Of a stretch of 64,000 bases of DNA, positions 52,601 through 62,053 are shown piece by piece (the stretch's first letter is position 1; every line of letters begins with the position of its first letter). Under the pieces are notes generated by a model. The model ran no database searches. It saw only the letters and a program-made list of their open reading frames with translations, and was not told where the DNA came from. The DNA lies in IMG/VR virus record IMGVR_UViG_3300012209_000008, positions 2,026 to 66,025 of that record, one strand, 5' to 3'. This DNA comes from a virus. Position numbers and translations under genes: made by a program.

Positions 52601-53998
52601 TCAGAAGTTAACCTGCAACGCCTCGATGAGCACCATCTCGTCCGCCACGAGCAGATCCCACAACAGCCAGACCAGCGCGTCCAACCGGTCCGGGGACGCC
52701 TCCCCGGGGAGCCAGGTGCAGAGCTGGTCCTCCAACTCCGGGAACACGCCCACGTGATGGATCCGGCCCTGCTCGTAGAGGGCCGCCACCGGTTCGGCCC
52801 GGGTCCGCTTGCCCTGCGTCGCGTGGACCCCTTTGTAGGGGACGTTCGGTGCGATCACGCGCAAGTTCCGCTCCACCAGCAACCCGCCCTGATTGGTCTC
52901 GGCGATGATGCGGTCGCCCTGAAGCGCGTGCAGGATCCCCACCGCGTACCGGCCCCAGACCTCCGGACTCCAGCGCCCGCTCAGATCCGCAAAGATGTAG
53001 GCGTGGGGCGGGGACTGCGTATCGATGGCCCCGGCGATGATCCCCGTCTCATTGGACTCCTCGTCCGCGGTGACCGCCGGATCGATGGCCACCGCAATCC
53101 GCCGGAGTGCGGGCACCAACTTGAGGCGCCGGGAATAGGCGCCCGCGGGGGCCAGCTTGTCGACGGGGATGTCCTTGATGCGGGCTTGTTGGATCCGCTC
53201 CCGGGTCCACAGGGCCCCGGGCATCTCGTCTAGGACGGCGGCGTACAACTCTTGCTGTCCCAGCGCGGTGCCCTCATAGGTCTGCCGCAACTCGGCAAAC
53301 CAGCTGGCCGGGAGATTGTCGGCATTCTCGTAGGTGGAGCCGCCGGTCTCCCGCACATTGGGCCGCTTCCGCAACTGGCGGATAATGGTGACGGGCTTAG
53401 GGGTCGTGGTGACGCAGACTTGGGGCTGGATTTGGGCCGACTCTAGCCGCATCGTCAGGACAAGGTTGTCCCAGGTCTCCTTCACATACATCCAGGCCGC
53501 CATCTCATCGGCCCACCCCGTATCGTGGGACGGGCCGCGGAGCTGATCCGGCTCGGCGCCGGAGTACGTGGTGGCGATGGCCCCGGTGTGGAACACTACG
53601 CGCCGGAGCCCCGGCTGGTACAGCGGCCGCTGCGAGGGCGGGAACACGCCCAGCAACCCGGGCACCCCGGGCTTGCCCTCGATCATCACGTCGCGCGCGT
53701 GGTCCGGCGTCTTGGCCACCAGCGCGATGGACCGGGCCCCCTTGTCCACGCGCTCCCGGACCCACTCCGCGCCGGTCCGGGTCTTGCCAAAGCCGCGGCC
53801 CGCCAGCAACAGCCAGACAAACCAGTCCCCGAGCGGGGCCAGCTGATTCGGCCGGGCCCAGAACTCCCGCCAGGCATACGGGAGATAGCTCAACTCCTCC
53901 TCGGTCAGTGTCTCCACCCAGGCGCGGATCCCGCCCGGGCCCAAGCGCTTGACCAGTGCTTGGCGCGGGCTCATCCCCGGGGCGATGACTTGGGGCAC
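52601..53998 (-). CDS. terL: terminase large subunit
   Basis: LAGRGFGKTR (Walker A), QLRGPSHDTGWADE (Walker B), VTTTPK, VAIDPA, AETNQGG and SPDRLDALVW. Confidence 0.95.
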   Translation of the reverse strand: MPQVIAPGMSPRQALVKRLGPGGIRAWVETLTEEELSYLPYAWREFWARPNQLAPLGDWFVWLLLAGRGFGKTRTGAEWVRERVDKGARSIALVAKTPDHARDVMIEGKPGVPGLLGVFPPSQRPLYQPGLRRVVFHTGAIATTYSGAEPDQLRGPSHDTGWADEMAAWMYVKETWDNLVLTMRLESAQIQPQVCVTTTPKPVTIIRQLRKRPNVRETGGSTYENADNLPASWFAELRQTYEGTALGQQELYAAVLDEMPGALWTRERIQQARIKDIPVDKLAPAGAYSRRLKLVPALRRIAVAIDPAVTADEESNETGIIAGAIDTQSPPHAYIFADLSGRWSPEVWGRYAVGILHALQGDRIIAETNQGGLLVERNLRVIAPNVPYKGVHATQGKRTRAEPVAALYEQGRIHHVGVFPELEDQLCTWLPGEASPDRLDALVWLLWDLLVADEMVLIEALQVNF

Positions 53999-53999
53999 G

Positions 54000-54326
54000 C
54001 TAGACCAGCCCCTGCCAACAGTAGATCATCGGCGCCTTCCCGCGGCACGCATGCTCGATGTACGCCTCCCGCCCCACCCGCGCGTGTTGGGAGGCCCAGG
54101 TGTCAATCCGGGTGACGAGGAAGCTCTGATCATCGGTCGCCGCGTACTCATTGGCGATGGGCAGCCCCGGCTCTTCCGGAACCTCCGCCACCGCAATCGC
54201 GCGAACGGGACGCGGGAACCGGATCCGCGATGGGACGGGATAGCCCCATAACTCCACGTCGCCGTCCTTGGGGCCGCCGCGGAACTCCACCCACACCCAG
54301 GCCTCTGTCCCGTCTGTGACCGTCAC
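54000..54326 (-). CDS. hypothetical protein
   Basis: VEFRGGPKDG motif. Confidence 0.6.
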   Translation of the reverse strand: MTVTDGTEAWVWVEFRGGPKDGDVELWGYPVPSRIRFPRPVRAIAVAEVPEEPGLPIANEYAATDDQSFLVTRIDTWASQHARVGREAYIEHACRGKAPMIYCWQGLV

Positions 54327-54685
54327 TCGTGGAGGTCTCCGTTAGTAATGTACCCGTGCCAGGCGCAGCCAGGCGGGGAGAAGAGGATGGAGGGCCGCAA
54401 GGTCAGGTCCGCCAAGCTCGTCCCGGTCATGGTCCAGCGCGCAATCTTGGGCCACCACTCCGGCGGCAGCGGTGGCGCGTTCTGCGGATTGGAGAAAAAG
54501 CAGATAGCGTAGTGCGCGCCGATGACGTAGCGCCGCCCAGCTTCCTCCCCGCGCTCCCGCCCCACCGAACACTTGGGACACTGGAACATAACGCCGTTGG
54601 CGCCGGCCAGCTGGGCGCCGAGCCGCGTAAGCGACGTGGCGCTGGTCGCGCAGACAAACTCCGCGTCCTGCTCCGTCAGGCGCAT
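54323..54685 (-). CDS. DUF6527-like Cys/His protein
   Basis: MFQCPKC...LTLRPSIL...CAWHGYITNG. Confidence 0.7.
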   Translation of the reverse strand: MRLTEQDAEFVCATSATSLTRLGAQLAGANGVMFQCPKCSVGRERGEEAGRRYVIGAHYAICFFSNPQNAPPLPPEWWPKIARWTMTGTSLADLTLRPSILFSPPGCAWHGYITNGDLHE

Positions 54686-54691
54686 GGTGGC

Positions 54692-55051
54692 TCACGCGTG
54701 CCGTCCATGGTGGAGCACCCACCGCGCCCCCTCAATCACCGCTTCCGTCACCAGGTAGCCATACAAGCGCTGGCGGTAGTCGCTCCAGGCAAATCCGTTG
54801 TAGTCGAACAATCGCTCGTAGGCGTAGCTGGTCAGCTGCACTCCGGCGAAGCGGAGGACGGGATGGCGCCAGCCCTTGGCGATCCAGGGCCCGCGGCTCA
54901 GGAGGTTGAGCCCGGCCCCGGCGCTGTACTCCGCCAGGCGGTCATGCCGGAGGAAGATCCCGATGCCCTGCCCCCGGCAGATCTCCGGAACCGTGGCCAG
55001 CGCCGCGAGTACGGCCCCGGCTGCCAGGAGCGGCCAGAGGAGGCGCTTCAT
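54692..55051 (-). CDS. exported or membrane protein
   Basis: MKRLLWPLLAAGAVLAALA signal peptide. Confidence 0.55.
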   Translation of the reverse strand: MKRLLWPLLAAGAVLAALATVPEICRGQGIGIFLRHDRLAEYSAGAGLNLLSRGPWIAKGWRHPVLRFAGVQLTSYAYERLFDYNGFAWSDYRQRLYGYLVTEAVIEGARWVLHHGRHA

Positions 55052-55422
55052 CCGGCCTGCCGCGCCTGGTAGGCCCGGACCGCCCGCTTGGCCATGGCCA
55101 TACACGGGGCACAGGGCGGCCCGTCCCGCGGCGCCACGGTGCAGATGGCCCGCGCCGCGGCCACGGTGGCGGGATCCTCCGCGGACCAGTCAAAGGACGC
55201 TGCTGCTGGAGGGCCATGGATCCAGCGCTCCTCAACGGAGCGGGCAATGTCACCCAGAATGATTGCCGCCACGCCCACGAAGAAGCCCTGCGTCCAATGA
55301 CTTTCAATGAATTGGCTGGCACCCCAGTTCAGGCCCGCGAGGATCCCCAGCGCGAGGCTCCAGGTGAGGAGCATGCGCGGGAGGACGTGCCAAACAACAC
55401 GCGTAATCTCGCGGCCCGTCAT
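55048..55422 (-). CDS. two-TM membrane protein
   Basis: Two hydrophobic helices; ATGA overlap. Confidence 0.55.
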   Translation of the reverse strand: MTGREITRVVWHVLPRMLLTWSLALGILAGLNWGASQFIESHWTQGFFVGVAAIILGDIARSVEERWIHGPPAAASFDWSAEDPATVAAARAICTVAPRDGPPCAPCMAMAKRAVRAYQARQAG

Positions 55423-57410
55423 GGCGTCCCCACGGTGCAGAAGGCCCGACCCACCACCGCGGTGTCCGTGACGCCCAACAGGTCCACGAGGTAGGATCCC
55501 GTATACAACGGCAACATGGCCGGGAGCCGGGTGAACCAGCGGGAGGGCACGTTGGTGACCCGGAACGCCCCCACACTCAAGAGCACCGGGGTCACGGTCA
55601 CCCCCATCACATTCACCGCGGCCGTCCCGGACAGGGAGCCCGCCGTGGCGGTGATCGTGGCCAATCCCGGCGCGCGGAAGTGGGCCAGCCCAAACCCGGT
55701 CACCACAGCGATGGTCGAATCGCTGGACGTCCAGGTGGCATCCACGCCCGTGGTCACGGCCCCCGTGGAGTCCCGCAGGATGGCGTAGAAGGTCTGCGCG
55801 CCGCCCTGGGTGGGGCTGAGGCTGGCCGGAACGAGGTAGAGACGGTTCGCCAGGGTCGGTCCGGGGCCTGCAGGCAGCCGCACCACAATAGTGGCGGTCG
55901 CCGTCAGCGCGTCGCTCGTTGCGGTCACCTGCCCCGCGCCCCCGTTCAGCGCGCCCACCATCCCGAGCGGCGAGACGGAGACGATGGACGGCGTAGCTGT
56001 GGACCACGTGATCGGGCGCCCAAAGAGCGTATTCCCCGCCGAGTCGTAGGTGGTGGCCACCAGTTGGACGGAGGTCCCCACCACCATCGTATCCAGAGCG
56101 GGCGTGACCTCCATCCGCCGGACCGGCACGAGGGTGACCCGCACGACGGTGCTCCCAAAGAGCGCGTTGGTGCTCGTCGCCGTGATGGTTGCCGTGCCCG
56201 GGGCCATCCCGAGCACCCGGCCGCTCCCCGCATCCACCGTTGCCACGCTCGGCGAGCTGGTCGTCCAGGTCACCCCGCCCAGCACCGTCGCCCCGTTCAC
56301 GTCCTGCAGCAGCACGGTCGGGAGGACGGTCTGCCCCACGTACAGGCTCATCGTCGTGGGGAGCACCGTCACCTTGGCGATCGGGTTCACCGGGACGGTG
56401 TAGGGGACCGAGACGTTGCAGGTCGTCGCCGAGCCGCTCTCCGCATGCCACGTCCAGCTCCCGAGCGCGGCCACGGCGCTCTGCTCGGAGCGGAACGCGA
56501 AGTTGATGCCGATCGTCTGCTCCATCCCACCCGCCGGGGCCACAAAGGCGGAGTAGGTGTGGGCCGGGACATTCACCACCAGACGGAAATGATAGGTGGT
56601 GCCGGCCACGTAGGGGATGACGCTCGTGGCGGCGTAGGCGGCGCCGTTCCGCGCATCGATCATCCCGCTCGCGTTGAACCGCGCGATCACGGCCAGGTCG
56701 GAGTAGAGCGCCGTGGACGTCGCGGAGAAGCCCGTCACCGCATCGACCGCGGTCCCGTTCGGGATGGCGTCAAACTGGACGGTGAAGCTCCCGGTCTGCG
56801 GGCTCAGCGCCGCACTGCCCCACCCCGTGGTGCTGGTCTTGCAACCGACCCCCAGCACCAGTGGCGCCGAGATCCCGAACGGCCCAAAGGTGCTGGTGCT
56901 GTCCCCGGCCCGCACCACCGCCTTCACCCGTTGCGCCAGCGCCGGATAGGCAAGCCGGAAGGTGTCGGCGCTGCGGGGCGGACTGGCCACCGGCCGTTGA
57001 TGGTATGTGCCGGGGAGGGCATCGTTGTAGTCCCCGGGGAAAGCAATGGTGATCGTATCGCTCGCCGGAATCAGCCGGGTGTGGGTGGCAGCTTCCCCTG
57101 CGGGCGGGGTCCAGGTCAGGACCACCACCGCCGAGTCCGTCCGCGTCCCCAACGTCGCCGCCACATTGGTCGGCGCTGCTGGCGCAATCACCTTCCCACC
57201 AGGGACCGGCCCATGAAAGCCCGCATCCGCCCAGGCCAGGACGGCCTGGACCCGGGTCCGGCCACCGGGGAACGGCGGCACGCCATTGCCGCCATCCGTC
57301 ATCCGGTCCTCGACCAGCCGCCCATTGGGAGCCAACAGGCCCCCCGGCTGAATCAGCAGCAGGAAGGCAAAGCACGCTACCCAGCTTGCTGTAATAACAG
57401 ACCCCCGCAT
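55419..57410 (-). CDS. secreted protein with lectin-like domain and three Big_2 (Ig-like) repeats
   Basis: Signal peptide. Repeats VTVLPTTMSLYVG...VTWTTSSPSVATVD..G..GTATITAT, VTPALDT...ITWSTATPSIVSVS and ...TWTSSDSTIAVVT...GLATITAT. Confidence 0.85.
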   Translation of the reverse strand: MRGSVITASWVACFAFLLLIQPGGLLAPNGRLVEDRMTDGGNGVPPFPGGRTRVQAVLAWADAGFHGPVPGGKVIAPAAPTNVAATLGTRTDSAVVVLTWTPPAGEAATHTRLIPASDTITIAFPGDYNDALPGTYHQRPVASPPRSADTFRLAYPALAQRVKAVVRAGDSTSTFGPFGISAPLVLGVGCKTSTTGWGSAALSPQTGSFTVQFDAIPNGTAVDAVTGFSATSTALYSDLAVIARFNASGMIDARNGAAYAATSVIPYVAGTTYHFRLVVNVPAHTYSAFVAPAGGMEQTIGINFAFRSEQSAVAALGSWTWHAESGSATTCNVSVPYTVPVNPIAKVTVLPTTMSLYVGQTVLPTVLLQDVNGATVLGGVTWTTSSPSVATVDAGSGRVLGMAPGTATITATSTNALFGSTVVRVTLVPVRRMEVTPALDTMVVGTSVQLVATTYDSAGNTLFGRPITWSTATPSIVSVSPLGMVGALNGGAGQVTATSDALTATATIVVRLPAGPGPTLANRLYLVPASLSPTQGGAQTFYAILRDSTGAVTTGVDATWTSSDSTIAVVTGFGLAHFRAPGLATITATAGSLSGTAAVNVMGVTVTPVLLSVGAFRVTNVPSRWFTRLPAMLPLYTGSYLVDLLGVTDTAVVGRAFCTVGTP

Positions 57411-57421
57411 GTGGTGCTCCT

Positions 57422-58105
57422 CTAGGCGCTCTGCGGCGCCCGTCGCCGTCGATAGATCAAGGTCCATTGACTCACGTGCTGATCGCAGCGCCGGTAGCCG
57501 CGTTGCACTAACATGCCGCACACATCGCAGGTCGGCGCAACAGGTGAGATGCCCGCTCGGTGCGCACGGTTCGCCACGGCCGCCGGGGTGGCGCAGTGGT
57601 CGCAGCGCCGCGCCCCGTGGCCCCGACCGACCACCTCCCCGCACCCCTCACACTTTTGCAAACTCCGCGTGCGGATATAGTAGGCTTGCTGGTTCAGACG
57701 GTTCTGGGTGGCACGCGGCACCCGCACCCGGGGTCGGGCGTCGCCTTTGCCCCGCGCCTCCCGTCGGAGCGCCTCGCCCATGCCGCCGCACATATACGTG
57801 ACCGCCCAGGCGCCAAAGTCCCCAATGTGATCTTTCCAGCGGGCTAGCGCGATATAGAACCGCAGACACCCGATGCTCACCAGGTCATCGCGCTCCAGCG
57901 CGCCGAACGGCTCAAACCGCCGGGCAAAGATCCGCGCCCACCCGAGCACCGTCGCGGGACTGGCGTCCGGCGTCAACCGCGGAAGGAGTCCCGCCCGCGC
58001 ACCCTGTCTCGCCGAACTACCGGCAGAAAGGCTGACGCCGCTCCGAACGGTATTGGTTGGTGACGCAAAGCCGTCAGGGCTAGGAGTGGCGAGCGGGACT
58101 GTCAT
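57422..58105 (-). CDS. sigma70 region-2-like domain fused to C-terminal Zn fingers (putative late regulator)
   Basis: ERDDLVSIGCLRFYIALARWK..GDFGAWAVTYMCGGMGEALRR resembles region 2. CEGC, CDHC, CDVC and CDQH motifs. Confidence 0.55.
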   Translation of the reverse strand: MTVPLATPSPDGFASPTNTVRSGVSLSAGSSARQGARAGLLPRLTPDASPATVLGWARIFARRFEPFGALERDDLVSIGCLRFYIALARWKDHIGDFGAWAVTYMCGGMGEALRREARGKGDARPRVRVPRATQNRLNQQAYYIRTRSLQKCEGCGEVVGRGHGARRCDHCATPAAVANRAHRAGISPVAPTCDVCGMLVQRGYRRCDQHVSQWTLIYRRRRAPQSA

Positions 58106-58602
58106 GCTTGCTTCACGTCTGGCGCATCCGGCGGGGCAATCTTCCGGGCCAGCTCGGCCCGCACCACCGCCAAATTGACCGGGCCACCCTCTTCTCCCGT
58201 GAGCCGGAACGTCTGGGGCGGCAACCCGTGCCCGTAGGCGGCGCCGAACCGCAACAGCACGGCCCGGAGGCTCCCGGCGCGGGATCCGGCGCGGCGGAGG
58301 TCGGTCATGATCTGCTGCCACATGATCGGGTCGCTGCACGCTTCCTGGCACGCTTTCCGGAACTCGCGCAGCGTCCCGTCCCGCGGCCCAGGATTGCCGG
58401 TGCGCAGCTGGCCGTGGCCGTGCTGCGGCGTGCGGTAGGCCACCGGTACATTCCGGCCGTGAATATCCACCACCTGCTCAACGTCGGCATGCTTCTTGGG
58501 TCCGGCGGCGACGGGCTCCGCCGCGGGCCCATGAGGTTTCGGTTTCGCTTTCCCGTTCGGCTTCTGGCCGTTCCCCTTGCCATTGGCTTTGCGCGGGCTC
58601 AT
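58102..58602 (-). CDS. terS: terminase small subunit
   Basis: GNPG motif and YGHGLPPQTFRLTGEEGGPV tail, typical of TerS. Confidence 0.6.
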   Translation of the reverse strand: MSPRKANGKGNGQKPNGKAKPKPHGPAAEPVAAGPKKHADVEQVVDIHGRNVPVAYRTPQHGHGQLRTGNPGPRDGTLREFRKACQEACSDPIMWQQIMTDLRRAGSRAGSLRAVLLRFGAAYGHGLPPQTFRLTGEEGGPVNLAVVRAELARKIAPPDAPDVKQA

Positions 58603-58627
58603 CGCGTCCTCCTCGGGCTTGAGGGTC

Positions 58628-59518
58628 CTACTCGCCCATCCGCACCGGGGCCCGGGGGCGGGGCTGATCCCCCCGGAGCCCATGCTCCAGCGGGCGGGCC
58701 CCTTCGACCACTGGGGGTCCCTTCCCGGCTCCCGCCCCCACCACCACCGGTGCCTCCACCTCCGGCCGCGGCGGGACCGGTCCCGGCACCACGGGTCGGG
58801 CTCCGCGGACCGTCGCGGGGACGGCCGCCACCGGCGGGCTCCGACCTTCCAAGGCCTCGATCCGGCCCGCCAGGAAAGCCAGCTGGGTCTCCACCGGACT
58901 CAACGCCTCCTCCACCACGTCGGCTACCGTGTCCCGAGTCTGGGCGAGAGCATCTGCCTCGGCCTTAGTCCACTTCTCCGTGAGCTGCTCCAGGCGCCGC
59001 AGTTGCGCCGCTTGAGCTTTGGTGAGCGCAGCCTTGGTCCCCCGGGGCGCCGCTTCCAGCGCGTCTAACCGGCGCTCCAGCGCTTGCTGGTGCAGCTCCA
59101 GCGTGGTGAGGCCGGACGGGGCCACGGGGACTTCCGGGAGCGGCGCCGGCAGGACGGGCGACCGGGGCCAGCGGCGACTGATGCGCTCCGTCTGCTCCAC
59201 GTGTTGCGGGAGGGCCGCCGTCCAGCCCACACTCAGCGCGTGGTACACCCAACTCTTCACCGCGGTGATATGGTCGGGCAGGAGGCATAACGTCATGTCC
59301 GGCCAGGCCAGGACTTCCGCGGTGGTCTTGAGGCCCCAGCTTTGGAAGGCCGCCGCCGCGTTCGGGAGGGCTTGGCCATAGAACTCCCGCAGCAGCTCAA
59401 AGGCCAGAAGGTGGGCGGCTTGTTCCGTGGCGGGAGAGTCCACCGTCAACCGGGGCACCGTGACCCACTCCCCGGCGTCCCAGGCATCCAGCACGGCAAG
59501 GATGTCGGTCTGCGGCAT
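58628..59518 (-). CDS. hypothetical protein with coiled coil and Pro-rich tail
   Basis: ATG at 59518 overlaps the upstream stop. Confidence 0.55.
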   Translation of the reverse strand: MPQTDILAVLDAWDAGEWVTVPRLTVDSPATEQAAHLLAFELLREFYGQALPNAAAAFQSWGLKTTAEVLAWPDMTLCLLPDHITAVKSWVYHALSVGWTAALPQHVEQTERISRRWPRSPVLPAPLPEVPVAPSGLTTLELHQQALERRLDALEAAPRGTKAALTKAQAAQLRRLEQLTEKWTKAEADALAQTRDTVADVVEEALSPVETQLAFLAGRIEALEGRSPPVAAVPATVRGARPVVPGPVPPRPEVEAPVVVGAGAGKGPPVVEGARPLEHGLRGDQPRPRAPVRMGE

Positions 59519-59823
59519 CAGCACCCGCCCAACGGCGGCTCCGGCCGCGGCAACGGGAAGCGGTAGATGGCCTGATACCGGCCGACGAAGAGCCGTCGCG
59601 TGTTGAGGAGGAGCGGGCCGGGGGTCCACCCACCGCACGCGGCGTAGATCCCGCGCAGCGCCTGATCCAGGTCAGCTACTTGATGGTCTAACGTCCCCGG
59701 CGCGCCCGCGGCCACCGCTTCCCGCAGGTACCAGAGCGTGGCCGCCCATTCGGCGTGGGCTGCCGCATCCACGGTGGGATCTTCGAGCTGTTCTTGAATG
59801 ACGGAGGCAAGGACCGCGGCCAT
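59518..59823 (-). CDS. hypothetical protein
   Basis: About 101 aa; start uncertain. Confidence 0.5.
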   Translation of the reverse strand: MAAVLASVIQEQLEDPTVDAAAHAEWAATLWYLREAVAAGAPGTLDHQVADLDQALRGIYAACGGWTPGPLLLNTRRLFVGRYQAIYRFPLPRPEPPLGGC

Positions 59824-59906
59824 GCCATACCACACCGCCCCCGGCATAACCAGAAACACCGGGTGGCCAGCGGTCCAACGCGGATCCCGCGCTGAGAGCA
59901 ATGCCC

Positions 59907-60092
59907 TCAGCCCTTGGCGGCCCTACCGGGCTGGCCGCCGACGTTCGACCCTGGCGCGATCCCGGCGTTGGGCGGCTTGGCCGTCCCCAGCTTCGGTTTG
60001 GGCGTGGCCGGATAGGGGATCTTGGCGCCGGTCTTGGTGGCGTGGGCGGCGAGATCCTTGTGAAACTGGAGCACATGCTTGAGATGACCCAT
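59907..60092 (-). CDS. small basic protein
   Basis: GGAGG SD; Lys/Pro/Ala-rich. Confidence 0.55.
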   Translation of the reverse strand: MGHLKHVLQFHKDLAAHATKTGAKIPYPATPKPKLGTAKPPNAGIAPGSNVGGQPGRAAKG

Positions 60093-60158
60093 AGAGCCTC
60101 CGGGAAGAGCACCCCTACGATAGTGAACCCGGGCCCGACGCGAAAGGGTCGGACCCCG

Positions 60159-60533
60159 CTACCAGGCCGGAAGTTCCGCTGGGGGCTGCCGAGCGCACCA
60201 GTCAACGTAGGCATCCCAATAGGCCTGCGCGAGGGCCAGCGCGTGCTCCCGCCCATCCGTGGGGTGGCGTTCCGGCCAGACCTCATTCCAGCCGCGGCAG
60301 TGCTGGATCATGATATGGTGCCAGTGGCACATGGGGATGAGATTGGCCCAGTCGTCCCCGCCCGCCCCGCGGCCCTCCACGTGACAGGCCTCGCTCTGTC
60401 GCGCGCCGAACCGCAGCTGGGTCCGGTCTCCGGGCGGCACGCTCGGCCAGCACACGCAGCACGGGTGCCACCGGATCCACTCGCGACAGTGTTCCAGCCA
60501 AGCCCGGGTCGGCTTGGGGATGGAGACTATCAC
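60159..60533 (-). CDS. HNH-like (DUF968/Ref-type) nuclease
   Basis: WIRWHPCCVC...EACHV..RGAGGDDWANLIPMCHWHH...QH. Confidence 0.8.
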   Translation of the reverse strand: MIVSIPKPTRAWLEHCREWIRWHPCCVCWPSVPPGDRTQLRFGARQSEACHVEGRGAGGDDWANLIPMCHWHHIMIQHCRGWNEVWPERHPTDGREHALALAQAYWDAYVDWCARQPPAELPAW

Positions 60534-60687
60534 CGCACGCCTCGGGCCCCAGAGAGCTGGATGAGCGCGGTGTTCGTCTCCTCATCCGCCAGCAGCAGGA
60601 TCTTCCCCGCCTCCATCACCTGCCGCAGCAACCGCTGGAGCCGCCGCAGCCGCACCAGCTCCCGTTTCTGTTTCGCCCGACCGATAC

Positions 60688-60972
60688 TCAGTCCACGTCG
60701 ACCTGATGCTCGCATACAAAGATCCTCACGTCAGGGAGCGGCCGCCCCGCCAACTCCGTCACCGCAGCCTCGGTCAGTCGCCACAGCCATTCCGCCCCAC
60801 ACGGCCAGGGCTCATGCGGCCGTTCCGGTGGCAGATACACAGCGACGGGACGGCCTGCCAGATCTTCCCATCGGGAGTGCGCCGCGGGAGCTATCTGGAT
60901 GACCTTGCCACTCGCCCGCATCAGCTGGATGTGAGCCCGTTCCACCAGCCGGAACTTGACCGTGACGATCAT
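60688..60972 (-). CDS. hypothetical protein
   Basis: 94 aa; ATGA overlap. Confidence 0.55.
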   Translation of the reverse strand: MIVTVKFRLVERAHIQLMRASGKVIQIAPAAHSRWEDLAGRPVAVYLPPERPHEPWPCGAEWLWRLTEAAVTELAGRPLPDVRIFVCEHQVDVD

Positions 60973-61571
60973 TCCTGATGCCGCCGCTCCTCCCGGATCT
61001 TGTCCACGGCTGCCTTGACTGCCCCCGGCACATCCTCCACACGATCCACCTTGACTTCCAAGGTCCGCGCCGGACTGACCGCCTCCGGCGGAATGTCACG
61101 CGCCGTGGGCGGCCGTCCTTGAATCAACTCGTAGTTGTCATCCGCATCCTCCAGGGCCGCATCCCCACGGACAGCGTGGGCCGCGCAGAACTGCCGCCGC
61201 GACGGCCCTAATGGGGAGGGCGGCAACGGGCCTTCCCCGCGAGCGCTCCACTCCTGCTTGAGTTGATAGAGCACGGTGGCCTGAGCCTTACACCCGGCCT
61301 GTTGACACCGGCCGCCCCGCTCCCCATCATAGAGCGGCCCCTCACACCAGTCGCTCTTGGTCAGCCAAAACCAGGGGAGGGCATTGGCCATAGCCTCCAT
61401 GCTGGTCAGGACCTGCTCCCCCACCAAGGTCCCTTTCCGGTACATCCGGAGCCGCGCGGACACGCGCCACTCATCGCCGCTCAGGCCACTCGTCTTGTAG
61501 CGGGGCACCACATCAATCTCGATGTGGTCCACGCCTTCGTCATCGGGATGGAGCTTGAAGTGCGGTGTCAT
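60969..61571 (-). CDS. conserved hypothetical phage protein
   Basis: VVPRYKTSGLSGDEWRVSA...CQQAGC...FCAAHAVRGDAALEDADDNY. Confidence 0.65.
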   Translation of the reverse strand: MTPHFKLHPDDEGVDHIEIDVVPRYKTSGLSGDEWRVSARLRMYRKGTLVGEQVLTSMEAMANALPWFWLTKSDWCEGPLYDGERGGRCQQAGCKAQATVLYQLKQEWSARGEGPLPPSPLGPSRRQFCAAHAVRGDAALEDADDNYELIQGRPPTARDIPPEAVSPARTLEVKVDRVEDVPGAVKAAVDKIREERRHQE

Positions 61572-62053
61572 GACCGGATCCTCTGAGGTGGGGGCACAAT
61601 CAACTGGCCGGGATCCCGGGTTGGCGACCGTGTGGCCGTCCGCTCCCCGGCCTGTTCCAGCACGGTATCGGGCGGCGCACGCCAGGGCTTCCGGAACTCC
61701 GTCCGCCAGGGCTGATGCTTGAGGTGATCCTGATGCGCCTTGGCCCGCTCCACCCCACCCGGGAGGTCCAGCCGGTAGTGGGCGCCACACTGGCCACAGA
61801 ACGCCAGAAAGGGCCAATGGAAGGTGAAGGTCACGTCCCGGGCACGCTTGACCCGTGGATGGAGCGCGGCGTGGTAGGCCTGGAGTCCCTGGAGGATCCG
61901 TTCCAACCGCTCCGGATCCGGACTATATTCCTGGCCGTCCGGCCCGACGCGGATCAGTCCCAAGACCACCAGGGCATTCCCCCACGGATCGGAGGCAAAC
62001 AGGTCAAGACCGCGCACGGCGCCGTTGGGCCCGAATCTGCGCGTTGTACTCAA
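61568..62053 (-). CDS. hypothetical protein with CxxC
   Basis: TTG start overlaps the dnaE stop; FCGQCG. Confidence 0.55.
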   Translation of the reverse strand: MSTTRRFGPNGAVRGLDLFASDPWGNALVVLGLIRVGPDGQEYSPDPERLERILQGLQAYHAALHPRVKRARDVTFTFHWPFLAFCGQCGAHYRLDLPGGVERAKAHQDHLKHQPWRTEFRKPWRAPPDTVLEQAGERTATRSPTRDPGQLIVPPPQRIRS

